DNA of 64,000 nucleotides, from assembly GCA_017545225.1 (NCBI GenBank), contig JAFWPR010000004.1, forward strand, positions 6,115 through 70,114, read 5' to 3'. The translations under genes were made by a program, and so were the position numbers. This stretch comes from Clostridia bacterium. Its GTDB lineage: Bacteria; Bacillota; Clostridia; Oscillospirales; CAG-272. The notes below the pieces were generated by a model, which saw only the letters and a list, made by a program, of their open reading frames with translations, was not told the origin of the DNA and made no database searches. The first letter of the stretch is position 1. The number at the start of each line of letters is the position of its first letter. Below are positions 53,541 through 62,034 of the stretch, in pieces.

Positions 53541-54112
53541 ACGTTTTCAAAAAGGTCTTAAAATACTTTTTCATATCCGTTATTGCGATATTGAACGCGG
53601 TCATCATTTTCCGCGTCGCCCTGACGCTCAATAAAAACGAACTCAAGGCGATCGAGCCGACCGACGCGCTCCGCGCCGCGTATGCGCAGGACGCGGACCT
53701 CGAGGTCCTCACGAACAAACTCGTGAACGATCTCTCGACTAACAGGGCGTTCACCGCCTACTCGTTCTGTTACGTTCCCGACGCGGGCGAGATACAGATC
53801 ACGGTCAGGATCAACAAGGGCGAGTACAAAAAAGTCTCGCTTCCCGACGGCGGGGAGTTCACTTTCTCCCTGCGCGACTCGGAGACCGACGAGTTGACGG
53901 AGGGCGAGGTTCTCGAGATCAAGGATTGGATGATGTACCGATATTTCAGGGTGTCGTTCCCGTGCGGGGAACTGAAAGAAGGCGTCAGTTACGGTATGCT
54001 GCTCCAAGCGAACGGCGAGGCGGAGGACGAGATGGTCGTCCATCACAAGGATCAGGAATTTTCGACGCGGTCGCTCACGTCGGGCGAGCGAAAAGCGCTT
54101 TCACAGAATTGA
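53537..54112 (+). CDS. hypothetical membrane-anchored protein
   Basis: A TTG at 53537 follows GGGAGG and overlaps the previous stop. N-terminal TM helix (YFFISVIAILNAVIIF). Confidence 0.45.
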   Translation: MNVFKKVLKYFFISVIAILNAVIIFRVALTLNKNELKAIEPTDALRAAYAQDADLEVLTNKLVNDLSTNRAFTAYSFCYVPDAGEIQITVRINKGEYKKVSLPDGGEFTFSLRDSETDELTEGEVLEIKDWMMYRYFRVSFPCGELKEGVSYGMLLQANGEAEDEMVVHHKDQEFSTRSLTSGERKALSQN

Positions 54113-54118
54113 GGAAAT

Positions 54119-54988
54119 ATGAGACAGATAAAAGGCCGTGAGTTTTCGGAGGAACGCGCTTTTTTCGGCGCGAAGGACGTCGTCATATCGGAATGTGTAA
54201 TTAAGACGGGGGAGTCGCCGTTCAAACATTCGGGCGGTATCATTTTTGAAAATTCGACGGTCAGCTCGAAATATCCGTTCTGGTATTCGGAAGACGTCCG
54301 GATAAAAGGATGCGTCTTCGAGCCCGGCGCGCGCGCCGGGATATGGTATTCAAAGGATGTCTTTGTCGGAAACACGAAGATCCTCTCTCCGAAAATGTTC
54401 CGCAGATGCGAAGACGTCGAACTCGACGGCGTCTCGATCCCCGACGCCGGGGAGACCTTCTGGCAGTGCTCCGGTATAAAGCTGCGCGGCTTTGAAGCGG
54501 CGGGGGCCGACTATATTTTTATGAACTCGTCGGGTATAGATATCGACGGGATGACCCTTGACGGAAAATACGCCTTCGACGGCGCCTCGGACGTCGTTGT
54601 AAGGAACGCGAAGATCGATACGAAGGACGCTTTCTGGAATTCGAAAAACGTCACGGTGTACGACTCGACGATATCGAGCGAGTACATCGGATGGAACTCC
54701 GAGAATATCACTTTCGTCCGCTGTACGATAGAGAGTTTGCAGGGTTTCTGTTACATAAACGGGCTGAAGCTCGTCGACTGCCGCCTGCCCGGAACGACGC
54801 TCGCGTTCGAGTATTCTACCGTCGACGCGGAGGTGAATGGCGGGATCGAAAGCGTTCTCGACCCGGCGGGGGGCGTGATAAAGGCGGACTCGATAGGAAC
54901 GCTGACCGTCAGAGACAGATACGTCGATCCGGACGCGACGCGGATAGACGCTCCCGTTGAAAGAATTTCGGAAGAGCCCGAGTTCTGA
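54119..54988 (+). CDS. DUF3737 family protein (right-handed beta-helix repeats)
   Basis: 289 aa with repetitive beta-helix-like segments and the KYPFWYSEDV motif. The family call is from memory. Confidence 0.55.
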   Translation: MRQIKGREFSEERAFFGAKDVVISECVIKTGESPFKHSGGIIFENSTVSSKYPFWYSEDVRIKGCVFEPGARAGIWYSKDVFVGNTKILSPKMFRRCEDVELDGVSIPDAGETFWQCSGIKLRGFEAAGADYIFMNSSGIDIDGMTLDGKYAFDGASDVVVRNAKIDTKDAFWNSKNVTVYDSTISSEYIGWNSENITFVRCTIESLQGFCYINGLKLVDCRLPGTTLAFEYSTVDAEVNGGIESVLDPAGGVIKADSIGTLTVRDRYVDPDATRIDAPVERISEEPEF

Positions 54989-55010
54989 TATAATTAAAGG
55001 AGGAGACGGC

Positions 55011-56174
55011 ATGAGTTACGATTTCGATTCCGTGATCGAGAGAAGAGGGACCGATTCGATAAAGTGGAACGTCGGAGAGGGAGAACTCCCGATGTGGGTC
55101 GCCGATATGGATTTCAAAACGGCTCCCGAGATAACGGAGGCGATCCTCTACCGCGCCGGACACGGCGTTTACGGTTACAACGAAGTTCCCGACATCTGGT
55201 ACGATTCGTATATCGGATGGTGGGCGCGTCGCCACGATCTCACGATGAAGAAGGACTGGCTCGTCTTCTGCACCGGAGTGGTCCCGGCGATCTCCTCGGC
55301 CGTCAGAAAGCTGACGACGCCCGGAGAGAACGTCCTGATACAGACCCCGGTCTACAACGTTTTCTTCAATTCGATCCTCAACAACGGATGCCGCGTCGCC
55401 GAAAACCCGCTGATATACGAGAACGGCGAGTACCGGATGGACCTTGACGATCTCGAAAAGAAACTTTCCGACCCGCAGACGAATCTGATGATCCTCTGCA
55501 ACCCGCACAACCCTGTCGGAAAGATATGGGATAAAAAGACGCTCGCGAGCGTCGGCAAGATAGCGGCTCGGTGCGGAGTCACGGTGATCTCCGACGAGAT
55601 CCACTGCGATCTGACGACGCCCGGGTGCGATTACGTCCCGTTCGCGTCGGCTTCCGACATCTGCCGTGAAAACAGTATCACCTGCATCGCTCCGACGAAG
55701 GCGTTCAACCTTGCGGGTCTGCAGACGGCGGCGGTCTGCGTTCCCGACGACAGACTCCGTCATAAAATCACGCGCGCCCTCAACACCGACGAGGTAGCCG
55801 AGCCCGGTACGTTCGCCGTGACGGCGGCGGTCGCCGCTTTCGAGCGCGGCGAGGCGTGGCTCGACGAGCTGAGAGAGTACCTTTACGGGAACAGAAAAGC
55901 CGCGTGCGATTTCATCCGCGAGAGGATCCCGTCTCTCGTTCCGGTGGACGGGAACGCGACGTATCTGCTCTGGGTGAACGTCGCGGGTACGGGACTCTCC
56001 GGCAAGCAGTTCGCCGCGGGACTCAGAGAGAAGACGGGTCTGTTCGTCACTCCCGGCGCCGCGTACGGCGCTGCGGGCCGCGACTTCTTCCGGCTCAACT
56101 TCGCCTGCCCGCGCTCCGTTCTCGAGGACGGGCTCGGCCGGCTTGAACAATTTGCAAATTCAATAAAAGAGTAA
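55011..56174 (+). CDS. MalY/PatB family PLP-dependent C-S lyase (cystathionine beta-lyase-like aminotransferase)
   Basis: The ATG at 55011 gives MSYDFDSVIERRGTDSIKWN. Also LCNPHNPVG, ISDEIH and PTKAFNLAG (PLP lysine). Confidence 0.8.
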   Translation: MSYDFDSVIERRGTDSIKWNVGEGELPMWVADMDFKTAPEITEAILYRAGHGVYGYNEVPDIWYDSYIGWWARRHDLTMKKDWLVFCTGVVPAISSAVRKLTTPGENVLIQTPVYNVFFNSILNNGCRVAENPLIYENGEYRMDLDDLEKKLSDPQTNLMILCNPHNPVGKIWDKKTLASVGKIAARCGVTVISDEIHCDLTTPGCDYVPFASASDICRENSITCIAPTKAFNLAGLQTAAVCVPDDRLRHKITRALNTDEVAEPGTFAVTAAVAAFERGEAWLDELREYLYGNRKAACDFIRERIPSLVPVDGNATYLLWVNVAGTGLSGKQFAAGLREKTGLFVTPGAAYGAAGRDFFRLNFACPRSVLEDGLGRLEQFANSIKE

Positions 56175-56197
56175 CGCGCGACAAGACGCAATTAACA

Positions 56198-56232
56198 ACT
56201 CCCGTGACAAAACGTCACGGGAGTCGCTTTTC
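56198..56232 (+). terminator. intrinsic terminator after the MalY/PatB-like gene
   Basis: ACTCCCGTGACaaaaCGTCACGGGAGTcgcttttc. Confidence 0.65.
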
Positions 56233-56299
56233 TATAAGGTGCGGGCGCCTGAGAGGCGTCCCTGCGGTCATCGGGATGAAAAATCTGCATTTCTTTTTC

Positions 56300-56382
56300 G
56301 GAGGCATCAAGGGATGCCTCCCTACGGGGCAGCGTCAATAACTACATTGTGAGACCGTAGGGAGCGATCCCCTGATCGCTCC
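56300..56382. repeat. inverted doublet of REP-like GTAG hairpins (REPIN/BIME-like)
   Basis: 56300-56325 reads GGAGGCATCAAGGGATGCCTCCCTAC on the plus strand. 56357-56382 reads GGAGCGATCAGGGGATCGCTCCCTAC on the minus strand. The two copies are about 31 nt apart in head-to-head orientation. Confidence 0.75.
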
Positions 56383-56387
56383 GTGCG

Positions 56388-57500
56388 TTAGATTTTGATT
56401 TGTCTCAGAATATCGAGTATTTCCCGAAACTCCGGCTTCGCTTTGAATTCATCGGACAACGGATAATGCTCTGTCATCAATTCAAACATGCGCTCGCGCA
56501 TGCTCATCTTTTTGAAGCGTTCTTCCCGTTCGTAATAAAGAGCGATTCTTTCGGATTCGGGTAGATTGTCAAATGATACCGATTGCTCGGCTGCAAGTCG
56601 AAGATAATGAATCGCCTTTTCATCATCTCCGATTTCAGCGTACAAATGACCTAAATGACCGTAATTATAAATCAGATGAATTCTGTTCTTCGACGGTTGG
56701 CTTTCGCTGTCGGTCATACGGAAGATACCGTTCATATGATTTATGGCTTCGATCTTATATTCGGGAGTAAAAGCGTTATCATAATAACAATAGCTGATTA
56801 TTGCGTTCTGAAGGTGGTATGAAAACTCTTCAATGGCGCGTTGCCTGTTTTCATACCACTTTGAAAAGTCGTGGTTTTTCGGATCAAAGTCAAGTTCTGG
56901 CAGAACGGATTCTTTTGAATCGCTCATGGAGGGTAAACTGTCAGCGATGGTTTTTGCCTGTTGTAAGTATTCTTTATCGAATCCAAGACGTTGATACTTA
57001 CGCATAAGGTGTTCGATCATTAAACGTTTTGAGCGAATTCGGATCGCGTCGACCGTACAATAGTTTTGTATTTTTTCATAAGTTGAGGCGATCTGAGTTG
57101 AGATCAGTTCGAGATTCGGATTTGTTTCTCTGCTTTCTGCAATCTGCAGCAATTCCATATACCGAACGAGAATAGGGTACTCGTTCGGGAACTCTTTTAC
57201 GGCTTTTCCGTATTCGCTCAGAACAGAACGTGCGTCCTTAAGTTTCATATTGTCAAACATATCGACGTACTTTTTTATTGTTTCTTCGGTATGGGCTTTG
57301 TCGATCCCGAGTAAAACGTCGACGGAAACCGAGAAGAAAGAAGAAATAACGGAAAGCATCGATAAATCCGGATAACTTTCGCCGCGCTCCCATTTACTGA
57401 TTGTCTGAAAAGAGACGCCGAGAGCTTCGGCAAGCGTTTCCTGTGTCAGATCCTTTTCTTTGCGCATACGTTTAACGTTTTCGCTGAAGTAAATATTCAT
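56388..57500 (-). CDS. XRE-family HTH transcriptional regulator with a TPR-like C-terminal domain (AT-rich, probably acquired)
   Basis: N-terminal HTH (KRMRKEKDLTQETLAEALGVSFQTISKWERGESYP) and a helical-repeat C-terminus (...GHLGHLYAEIGDDEKAIHYLRLAAE). A GGAGAAGG RBS is present. The gene is visibly AT-rich. Confidence 0.75.
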   Translation of the reverse strand: MNIYFSENVKRMRKEKDLTQETLAEALGVSFQTISKWERGESYPDLSMLSVISSFFSVSVDVLLGIDKAHTEETIKKYVDMFDNMKLKDARSVLSEYGKAVKEFPNEYPILVRYMELLQIAESRETNPNLELISTQIASTYEKIQNYCTVDAIRIRSKRLMIEHLMRKYQRLGFDKEYLQQAKTIADSLPSMSDSKESVLPELDFDPKNHDFSKWYENRQRAIEEFSYHLQNAIISYCYYDNAFTPEYKIEAINHMNGIFRMTDSESQPSKNRIHLIYNYGHLGHLYAEIGDDEKAIHYLRLAAEQSVSFDNLPESERIALYYEREERFKKMSMRERMFELMTEHYPLSDEFKAKPEFREILDILRQIKI

Positions 57501-57547
57501 ATGACCTTCTCCGTTTTCTAAAAATGGCGGCGATATCGTCTGATCAA

Positions 57548-57576
57548 ATCATACATCAATACCCGATTCAATTCAA
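57548..57576 (-). promoter_or_regulatory. putative promoter of the XRE-TPR gene (TTGAAT-17-TATGAT) overlapping a TTGAATTGA inverted repeat
   Basis: Minus strand reads TTGAATtgaatcgggtattgatgTATGAT. The -35 lies inside the palindrome TCAATTCAA(57568-57576)/TTGAATTGA(57588-57596). Confidence 0.45.
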
Positions 57577-57685
57577 TAACATTTTTGTTGAATTGATTCT
57601 ACGGACAGGAGAATTATTCACCAGATACAAGAATTCAATTTAAAAACCATATGTTTTTTTATTTAGAATTTGGGAGATTGTTGAA

Positions 57686-57806
57686 TGAATTGATTTCCGC
57701 ATCGTTGTGCGGAAATCATGAATTGCGCCCGGCGGGCGCATGAATTGAGCCCCGCGGCTTTCTCTCCGCGGGGCTCGTGAATTGATTTTGCGCACGCGCA
57801 AAATCA
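57686..57806. repeat. array of four different GC-rich palindromes separated by the heptamer TGAATTG
   Basis: TGAATTG occurs at 57686, 57719, 57741 and 57778. The hairpins are at 57692-57717, 57725-57739, 57747-57776 and 57784-57805. The array abuts the lplA stop codon at 57807. Confidence 0.8.
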
Positions 57807-58787
57807 TTATATATCTTTCGTTACTTCCTGTGCGAGGGCGGCGTTGTCGACGCCCCAGATCGAGAGGGAAGAGTTTTTGATCTTTTCGGAGACGGAACCC
57901 TTTTCAAAAGGCGTGCCGACGAGGGCGCGCAGCGCGTCCGTGCCGTCCCCCGAGAAGAAGTCGCCCTCTGCGGCGACGTCTTTTATCACTCCGTTTTTCA
58001 CGGAAAACAGGAGTTTCACCGTTCCGCCGGGGAGATGGCAGACCTTTTCGACGTCGAACGCCGGGGAGTGAAGAAAGACGGAATCGCGGCCGCGGAAATG
58101 CGCGTCGGCGAGCTCTTCGATCCGCTTTCGGTCTTCCGCCGTCAGCTCGTATCTCTCCGGGCTGCCCGTGACCTCGGCGATCCGCCGTACGAGTTCGTCG
58201 GCGAAACGCTCCGCCGTCATATCGAGCCCCGCCGCCTCCTTTATGTTCGTCACGCGGTCGCGGACCGATTTGATGCTTTTGGACGTTATCTTGTATTCCG
58301 GCGGTCTCGACGCGCGCTCCATCATGCAAAGGTCCGTGTCGAAGAGCAGGGAACCGTGGTGGACCGTCTTTCCGCCGAGCTTGAACTGCGCGTTGCCGGA
58401 GATTTTTTTGGAATCGATCAGCATGTCGTTCCGTCCGCTTATCTCCGCCGGGACGCCCATTCTTCTCAGCGCCTCCGCGACGGGTCTCATATATTCCGAA
58501 AAATCGATCAGCTCGCCGCCTTTTTCGATAAAGGTGTACTGAAAACCGCCCTCGTCGGTGTATATCGTCCCGCCGCCAGAGAGGCGGCGCGTTATTTTTA
58601 TCCCCGCCTCGCGAGCAAGCGCGAGATCGACTTCCTCGAAAACGTTCTGGTACTTGCCGATCATCAGCGTCGGCGCCGTCGACCAGAGCATGAAGACGGG
58701 CGCGGGAAGATCGCGCTCCGCGGCGAAATAGTATTCCGCTCCGAAGTTGAAGGCGGCGTCACGCGAGCCGGTGTCAACGAAGATCAT
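57807..58787 (-). CDS. lplA: lipoate--protein ligase (LplA family), paralog 1
   Basis: 326 aa with motifs RRLSGGGTIYTDEGG and KKISGNAQ (catalytic lysine region) plus an LplA C-terminal domain. Confidence 0.85.
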   Translation of the reverse strand: MIFVDTGSRDAAFNFGAEYYFAAERDLPAPVFMLWSTAPTLMIGKYQNVFEEVDLALAREAGIKITRRLSGGGTIYTDEGGFQYTFIEKGGELIDFSEYMRPVAEALRRMGVPAEISGRNDMLIDSKKISGNAQFKLGGKTVHHGSLLFDTDLCMMERASRPPEYKITSKSIKSVRDRVTNIKEAAGLDMTAERFADELVRRIAEVTGSPERYELTAEDRKRIEELADAHFRGRDSVFLHSPAFDVEKVCHLPGGTVKLLFSVKNGVIKDVAAEGDFFSGDGTDALRALVGTPFEKGSVSEKIKNSSLSIWGVDNAALAQEVTKDI

Positions 58788-59659
58788 TTCGCTTCATTCC
58801 TTTTTTGTTCCGCTTCCCTCAGCATATCGCCCGCCATATACGACGAGCGCGCGAGCGGATGCGCAGTCACGGATAAGAACCCGAGCGAGAGGGCGTATTC
58901 TTTGTATTTCTCAAACGTTACCGGAGTAACGTATTCCGCGACCGGAACGTGCTCGTGCGTCGGAGCGAGATACTGACCGAGTGTGAGCAGATCGCATCCG
59001 GTCGCTCTGACGTCGCGGATCAGCTCTTTTACTTCGTCTTCCTTTTCCCCGAGTCCGACCATGAACGCGGTCTTGACAAAGCCGCCCCTCGAGCGATCTT
59101 TCAGATATCTGAGGACGGCGAGCGATCTTTCGTATACCGCCTGAGGCCTTGCGGCGGGGTAGAGCCGCCTCACCGTCTCGACGTTGTGGCCGATGACCTC
59201 GGGGTCAGAGTCGATCACGGTATCGAGCGCCGCCCCGTCTCCCTTGAGATCGGGTATCAGCACTTCGACCGTCGCGCCGGTCGCCCTTTTTATTTCGCGG
59301 ACGCAGTCGGCGAAGACGGACGCTCCGCCGTCCGGAAGATCGTCTCTCGTCACGCTCGTCACGACGGCGTGAGAGAGACCGAGCGTCTTCACCGCCTCGG
59401 CGAGGCGGCGCGGCTCGTCCGGATCGGGCGGGACGGGAACTCCGTGGTCGACCTCGCAGAAGCGGCAGTTGCGCGTGCAGTATTTTCCGAGGATCATAAA
59501 CGTCGCGCTGCCGCACTTTGAGCATTTTCCGATATTCGGGCAGCCGCTCTCGCGGCATACCGTGTTGAGCTCGAGCCGGTCGGCGAGATCGTATACCGAG
59601 CGCACCTCGCTCATGTTATAACTGACTCTGAGCCAGTCGGGTTTCTTCATATCCTTCAT
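58784..59659 (-). CDS. lipA: lipoyl synthase
   Basis: The ATG at 59659 (MKDMKKPDWLRV...) overlaps the upstream stop. Contains CxxxxCxxxxxC (CRESGCPNIGKC) and the radical-SAM motif CTRNCRFC. Confidence 0.9.
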   Translation of the reverse strand: MKDMKKPDWLRVSYNMSEVRSVYDLADRLELNTVCRESGCPNIGKCSKCGSATFMILGKYCTRNCRFCEVDHGVPVPPDPDEPRRLAEAVKTLGLSHAVVTSVTRDDLPDGGASVFADCVREIKRATGATVEVLIPDLKGDGAALDTVIDSDPEVIGHNVETVRRLYPAARPQAVYERSLAVLRYLKDRSRGGFVKTAFMVGLGEKEDEVKELIRDVRATGCDLLTLGQYLAPTHEHVPVAEYVTPVTFEKYKEYALSLGFLSVTAHPLARSSYMAGDMLREAEQKRNEAK

Positions 59660-59898
59660 TCTGCGGTCTCCGCCTCGAAAAGCGGCGCGCCGACGGCGAC
59701 CTCGTCGCCCTCGTCGGCGAGCAGACGAACGACCGTGAGGTCTTCTTCCGCCTCGACCGCGCTGACCGCCTTTTCCGTCTCGGTATCGAACAGTTCGAAG
59801 CCCTTTTTGACTTTCTGTCCCTCTTCCACACACCAGCGGCAGAGGACTGCGGAGGTCATTCCCTTTTTGAGTTCAGGCATCGTGACCGTTATTTTCAT
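59656..59898 (-). CDS. stand-alone lipoyl/biotinyl-attachment domain protein (80 aa)
   Basis: MKITVTMPELKKGMTSAVLCRWCVEEGQKVKKGFELFDTETEKAVSAVEA... is a single E2-type lipoyl domain with the attachment-lysine motif ETEKA. The ATG at 59898 follows GAGG; the track start is 59928. Confidence 0.7.
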   Translation of the reverse strand: MKITVTMPELKKGMTSAVLCRWCVEEGQKVKKGFELFDTETEKAVSAVEAEEDLTVVRLLADEGDEVAVGAPLFEAETAE

Positions 59899-59931
59899 AT
59901 TTTTTACCTCTTGATAGACAATTGTCAAATA

Positions 59932-60882
59932 TTAAACTTTCCCCGTCAGGACGAATCTCTCGAGGAGCTCGGCGTCGGTCTCTCCGACGCCGGCACCGAT
60001 AAGCGCGCCGTACGTCGCGCCCGGAGCGAGGGGCGCTCCGGCGAGTTTGTTTATCAGTTCGGCGAACGCGCCTTCGGCGCGGACCGCGTCGATCGCGCCT
60101 TTTCCCGACTCGTAAGATAGAGTCAGCGCGCCGCGCGCCGTTTCGCACGTTCCGGAAAAAGCGAATTTCGGGTTCTCGCCGTACGTCCGGTCGTCGGACG
60201 TGTACTCTCGGGCGAGGTCAGAGACGGCGAAGAGATCGAAGCCGTCCTCCGTCTGCCATCCGTACGCCCCGCCGAGCGCGGCTTTGACCTCCACGACGAA
60301 CTCATCCGTCGAGGTGCCCGGCAGAAAAGCGGAAATATTCGCGACGGGTGATTTTCGGCTCGCGATCCCGCCTGAGACGAACGCATCGCCCGAAACCGAC
60401 GACGTCAGCGAGCGAAGAGCGTCGAGATCCGTGTCGAACAGAAGAGTCGCGTGGTGGATCTCACGGTCTCCTACCGCGGCTCTCGCGCTTCCGGAGATCT
60501 TATACCCTCCCGCCGTGACGTCCGATCCGCCCCCGACTTCCGCGGGGATCCCGATCCTGCCGAGAGCCGCCGCGAGTTTTTCGGGCAGAAGGAGCGTGTC
60601 GATCCCGTCGGGTCCTTTGCGGGTGATATACGATACGTTTACGTTTCCTTCGTCGTGGTATACCGTCCCGCCCCCGGTGATCCGGCGCAGGACGGGGACG
60701 CCGCGCTCGCGCGCCGCGATAACGTCCGTCTCGCGGAAAACGTTCTGAAATCTCCCGCAGACGACCGCGGGAGAATCGCGCCAGACGATGAGGACTTCGT
60801 CGCTTCCCGTATTGCGGGCCATGTATTCTTCAAAAGCGAGGTTGAACGCGGGATCGCGCCGCGTCGATTCGATCTTTTTCAT
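59932..60882 (-). CDS. lipoate--protein ligase family protein, paralog 2
   Basis: 316 aa with RRITGGGTVYHDEGN and YKISGSAR motifs. Its start codon lies 1 nt after the tgt stop. Confidence 0.8.
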   Translation of the reverse strand: MKKIESTRRDPAFNLAFEEYMARNTGSDEVLIVWRDSPAVVCGRFQNVFRETDVIAARERGVPVLRRITGGGTVYHDEGNVNVSYITRKGPDGIDTLLLPEKLAAALGRIGIPAEVGGGSDVTAGGYKISGSARAAVGDREIHHATLLFDTDLDALRSLTSSVSGDAFVSGGIASRKSPVANISAFLPGTSTDEFVVEVKAALGGAYGWQTEDGFDLFAVSDLAREYTSDDRTYGENPKFAFSGTCETARGALTLSYESGKGAIDAVRAEGAFAELINKLAGAPLAPGATYGALIGAGVGETDAELLERFVLTGKV

Positions 60883-60883
60883 A

Positions 60884-62026
60884 CTAATCCGGATTCCTCT
60901 CGGCGACGAGATCGTGATACTCGTTGTAGAATGACTCGAACCGGTCTTCGTCCATCGCCTCTCTGATCGAGCGGGTGAATTCGTTGTAGAAGTGGATGCT
61001 GTGCGTTACGGCGAGGCGCATCCCGAGCGCTTCCTTCGCCTTGATAAGGTGGCGGATATACGCGCGGCTGTGGTTCCGGCACGCCTCGCACGTGCAGTTC
61101 TCGTCTATCGGACGCGGATCGCGCGCGTATTTTTCGTTCAGAAGGTTCATCTTGCCGTGCCACGTGAACACGTTTCCGTGGCGCGCGTTGCGCGACGGCA
61201 TGACGCAGTCGAAGAAGTCGACCCCGCGGTGAACCGCCTCGATGATGTTCTGCGGCGTTCCGACGCCCATCAGGTATCTCGGCCGATCCTCGGGCATAAA
61301 GGGCTCGACCTGCTCGATCGTTTCGTACATCTCTTCGACCGTCTCGCCGACGGCGAGACCGCCGATCGCGTATCCCTCGCAGGGGATCTCGCGGATCCGT
61401 TTCATATGTTCGATCCGCAGATCCGCGTACGTGCTTCCCTGATTGATGCCGAAAAGATACTGTCCGGGGTTGACCGTCCCCTCTTCGGCGTTCAGCCTGT
61501 CGAGCTCGGCGCGGCATCTCTCGAGCCAGCGCGCGGTGCGTTCGCACGACCTTTTCGTGTAACCATATTCCGCGGGGTTCTCTATGCATTCGTCGAACGC
61601 CATCGCGATCGTCGAGCCGAGGTTCGACTGGATCCGCATGCTTTCCTCGGGTCCCATGAAGATGCGCTTTCCGTCGATATGGGAGGCGAAATAGACGCCC
61701 TCCTCTTTGATCCGGCGGAGCTTCGCGAGTGAGAAGACCTGAAAACCGCCGCTGTCTGTGAGGACGGGGCCGTCCCATCCGGTGAATTTCCGTATGCCTC
61801 CCATGTCGCGGACGAGCTCGTCGCCCGGACGAAGGTGAAGATGATACGTGTTCGAGAGCATCACGCGGCAGTCGTTGTCCTTGAGGTCGAACGCCGAAAG
61901 GCCGCCTTTTATCGCGGCGCACGTGGCGACGTTCATAAAGACGGGCGTTTCGATGTCGCCGTGCGGAGTCTTCAGCACTCCGCGCCGCGCTTTTGATTTT
62001 TCTTCTTTTTTCTTCAGAATGAACAT
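60884..62026 (-). CDS. tgt: tRNA-guanine transglycosylase (queuine tRNA-ribosyltransferase)
   Basis: TPHGDIETPVFMNV, LTDSGGFQV, GYAIGGLAVGE and the zinc motif CTCEAC...H. 380 aa. Confidence 0.95.
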   Translation of the reverse strand: MFILKKKEEKSKARRGVLKTPHGDIETPVFMNVATCAAIKGGLSAFDLKDNDCRVMLSNTYHLHLRPGDELVRDMGGIRKFTGWDGPVLTDSGGFQVFSLAKLRRIKEEGVYFASHIDGKRIFMGPEESMRIQSNLGSTIAMAFDECIENPAEYGYTKRSCERTARWLERCRAELDRLNAEEGTVNPGQYLFGINQGSTYADLRIEHMKRIREIPCEGYAIGGLAVGETVEEMYETIEQVEPFMPEDRPRYLMGVGTPQNIIEAVHRGVDFFDCVMPSRNARHGNVFTWHGKMNLLNEKYARDPRPIDENCTCEACRNHSRAYIRHLIKAKEALGMRLAVTHSIHFYNEFTRSIREAMDEDRFESFYNEYHDLVAERNPD

Positions 62027-62034
62027 AGCGTCAC

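Noticed and set aside
57686-57806. CRISPR-like array (short direct repeats with variable spacers)
   Set aside because: The repeats are only 7 nt, the spacers are themselves perfect palindromes of 15-30 nt, there are only four units, and no cas genes are nearby.
57640-57812. About 55-codon minus-strand ORF beginning at the ATG overlapping the lplA stop (TAATG) and running through the hairpin array, plus the ATG-AAT-TGA mini-ORFs on the plus strand
   Set aside because: The reading frames are a by-product of the repeated heptamer and palindromes. There is no independent RBS except a weak GGGAG before the first mini-ORF, and no coding-like composition.
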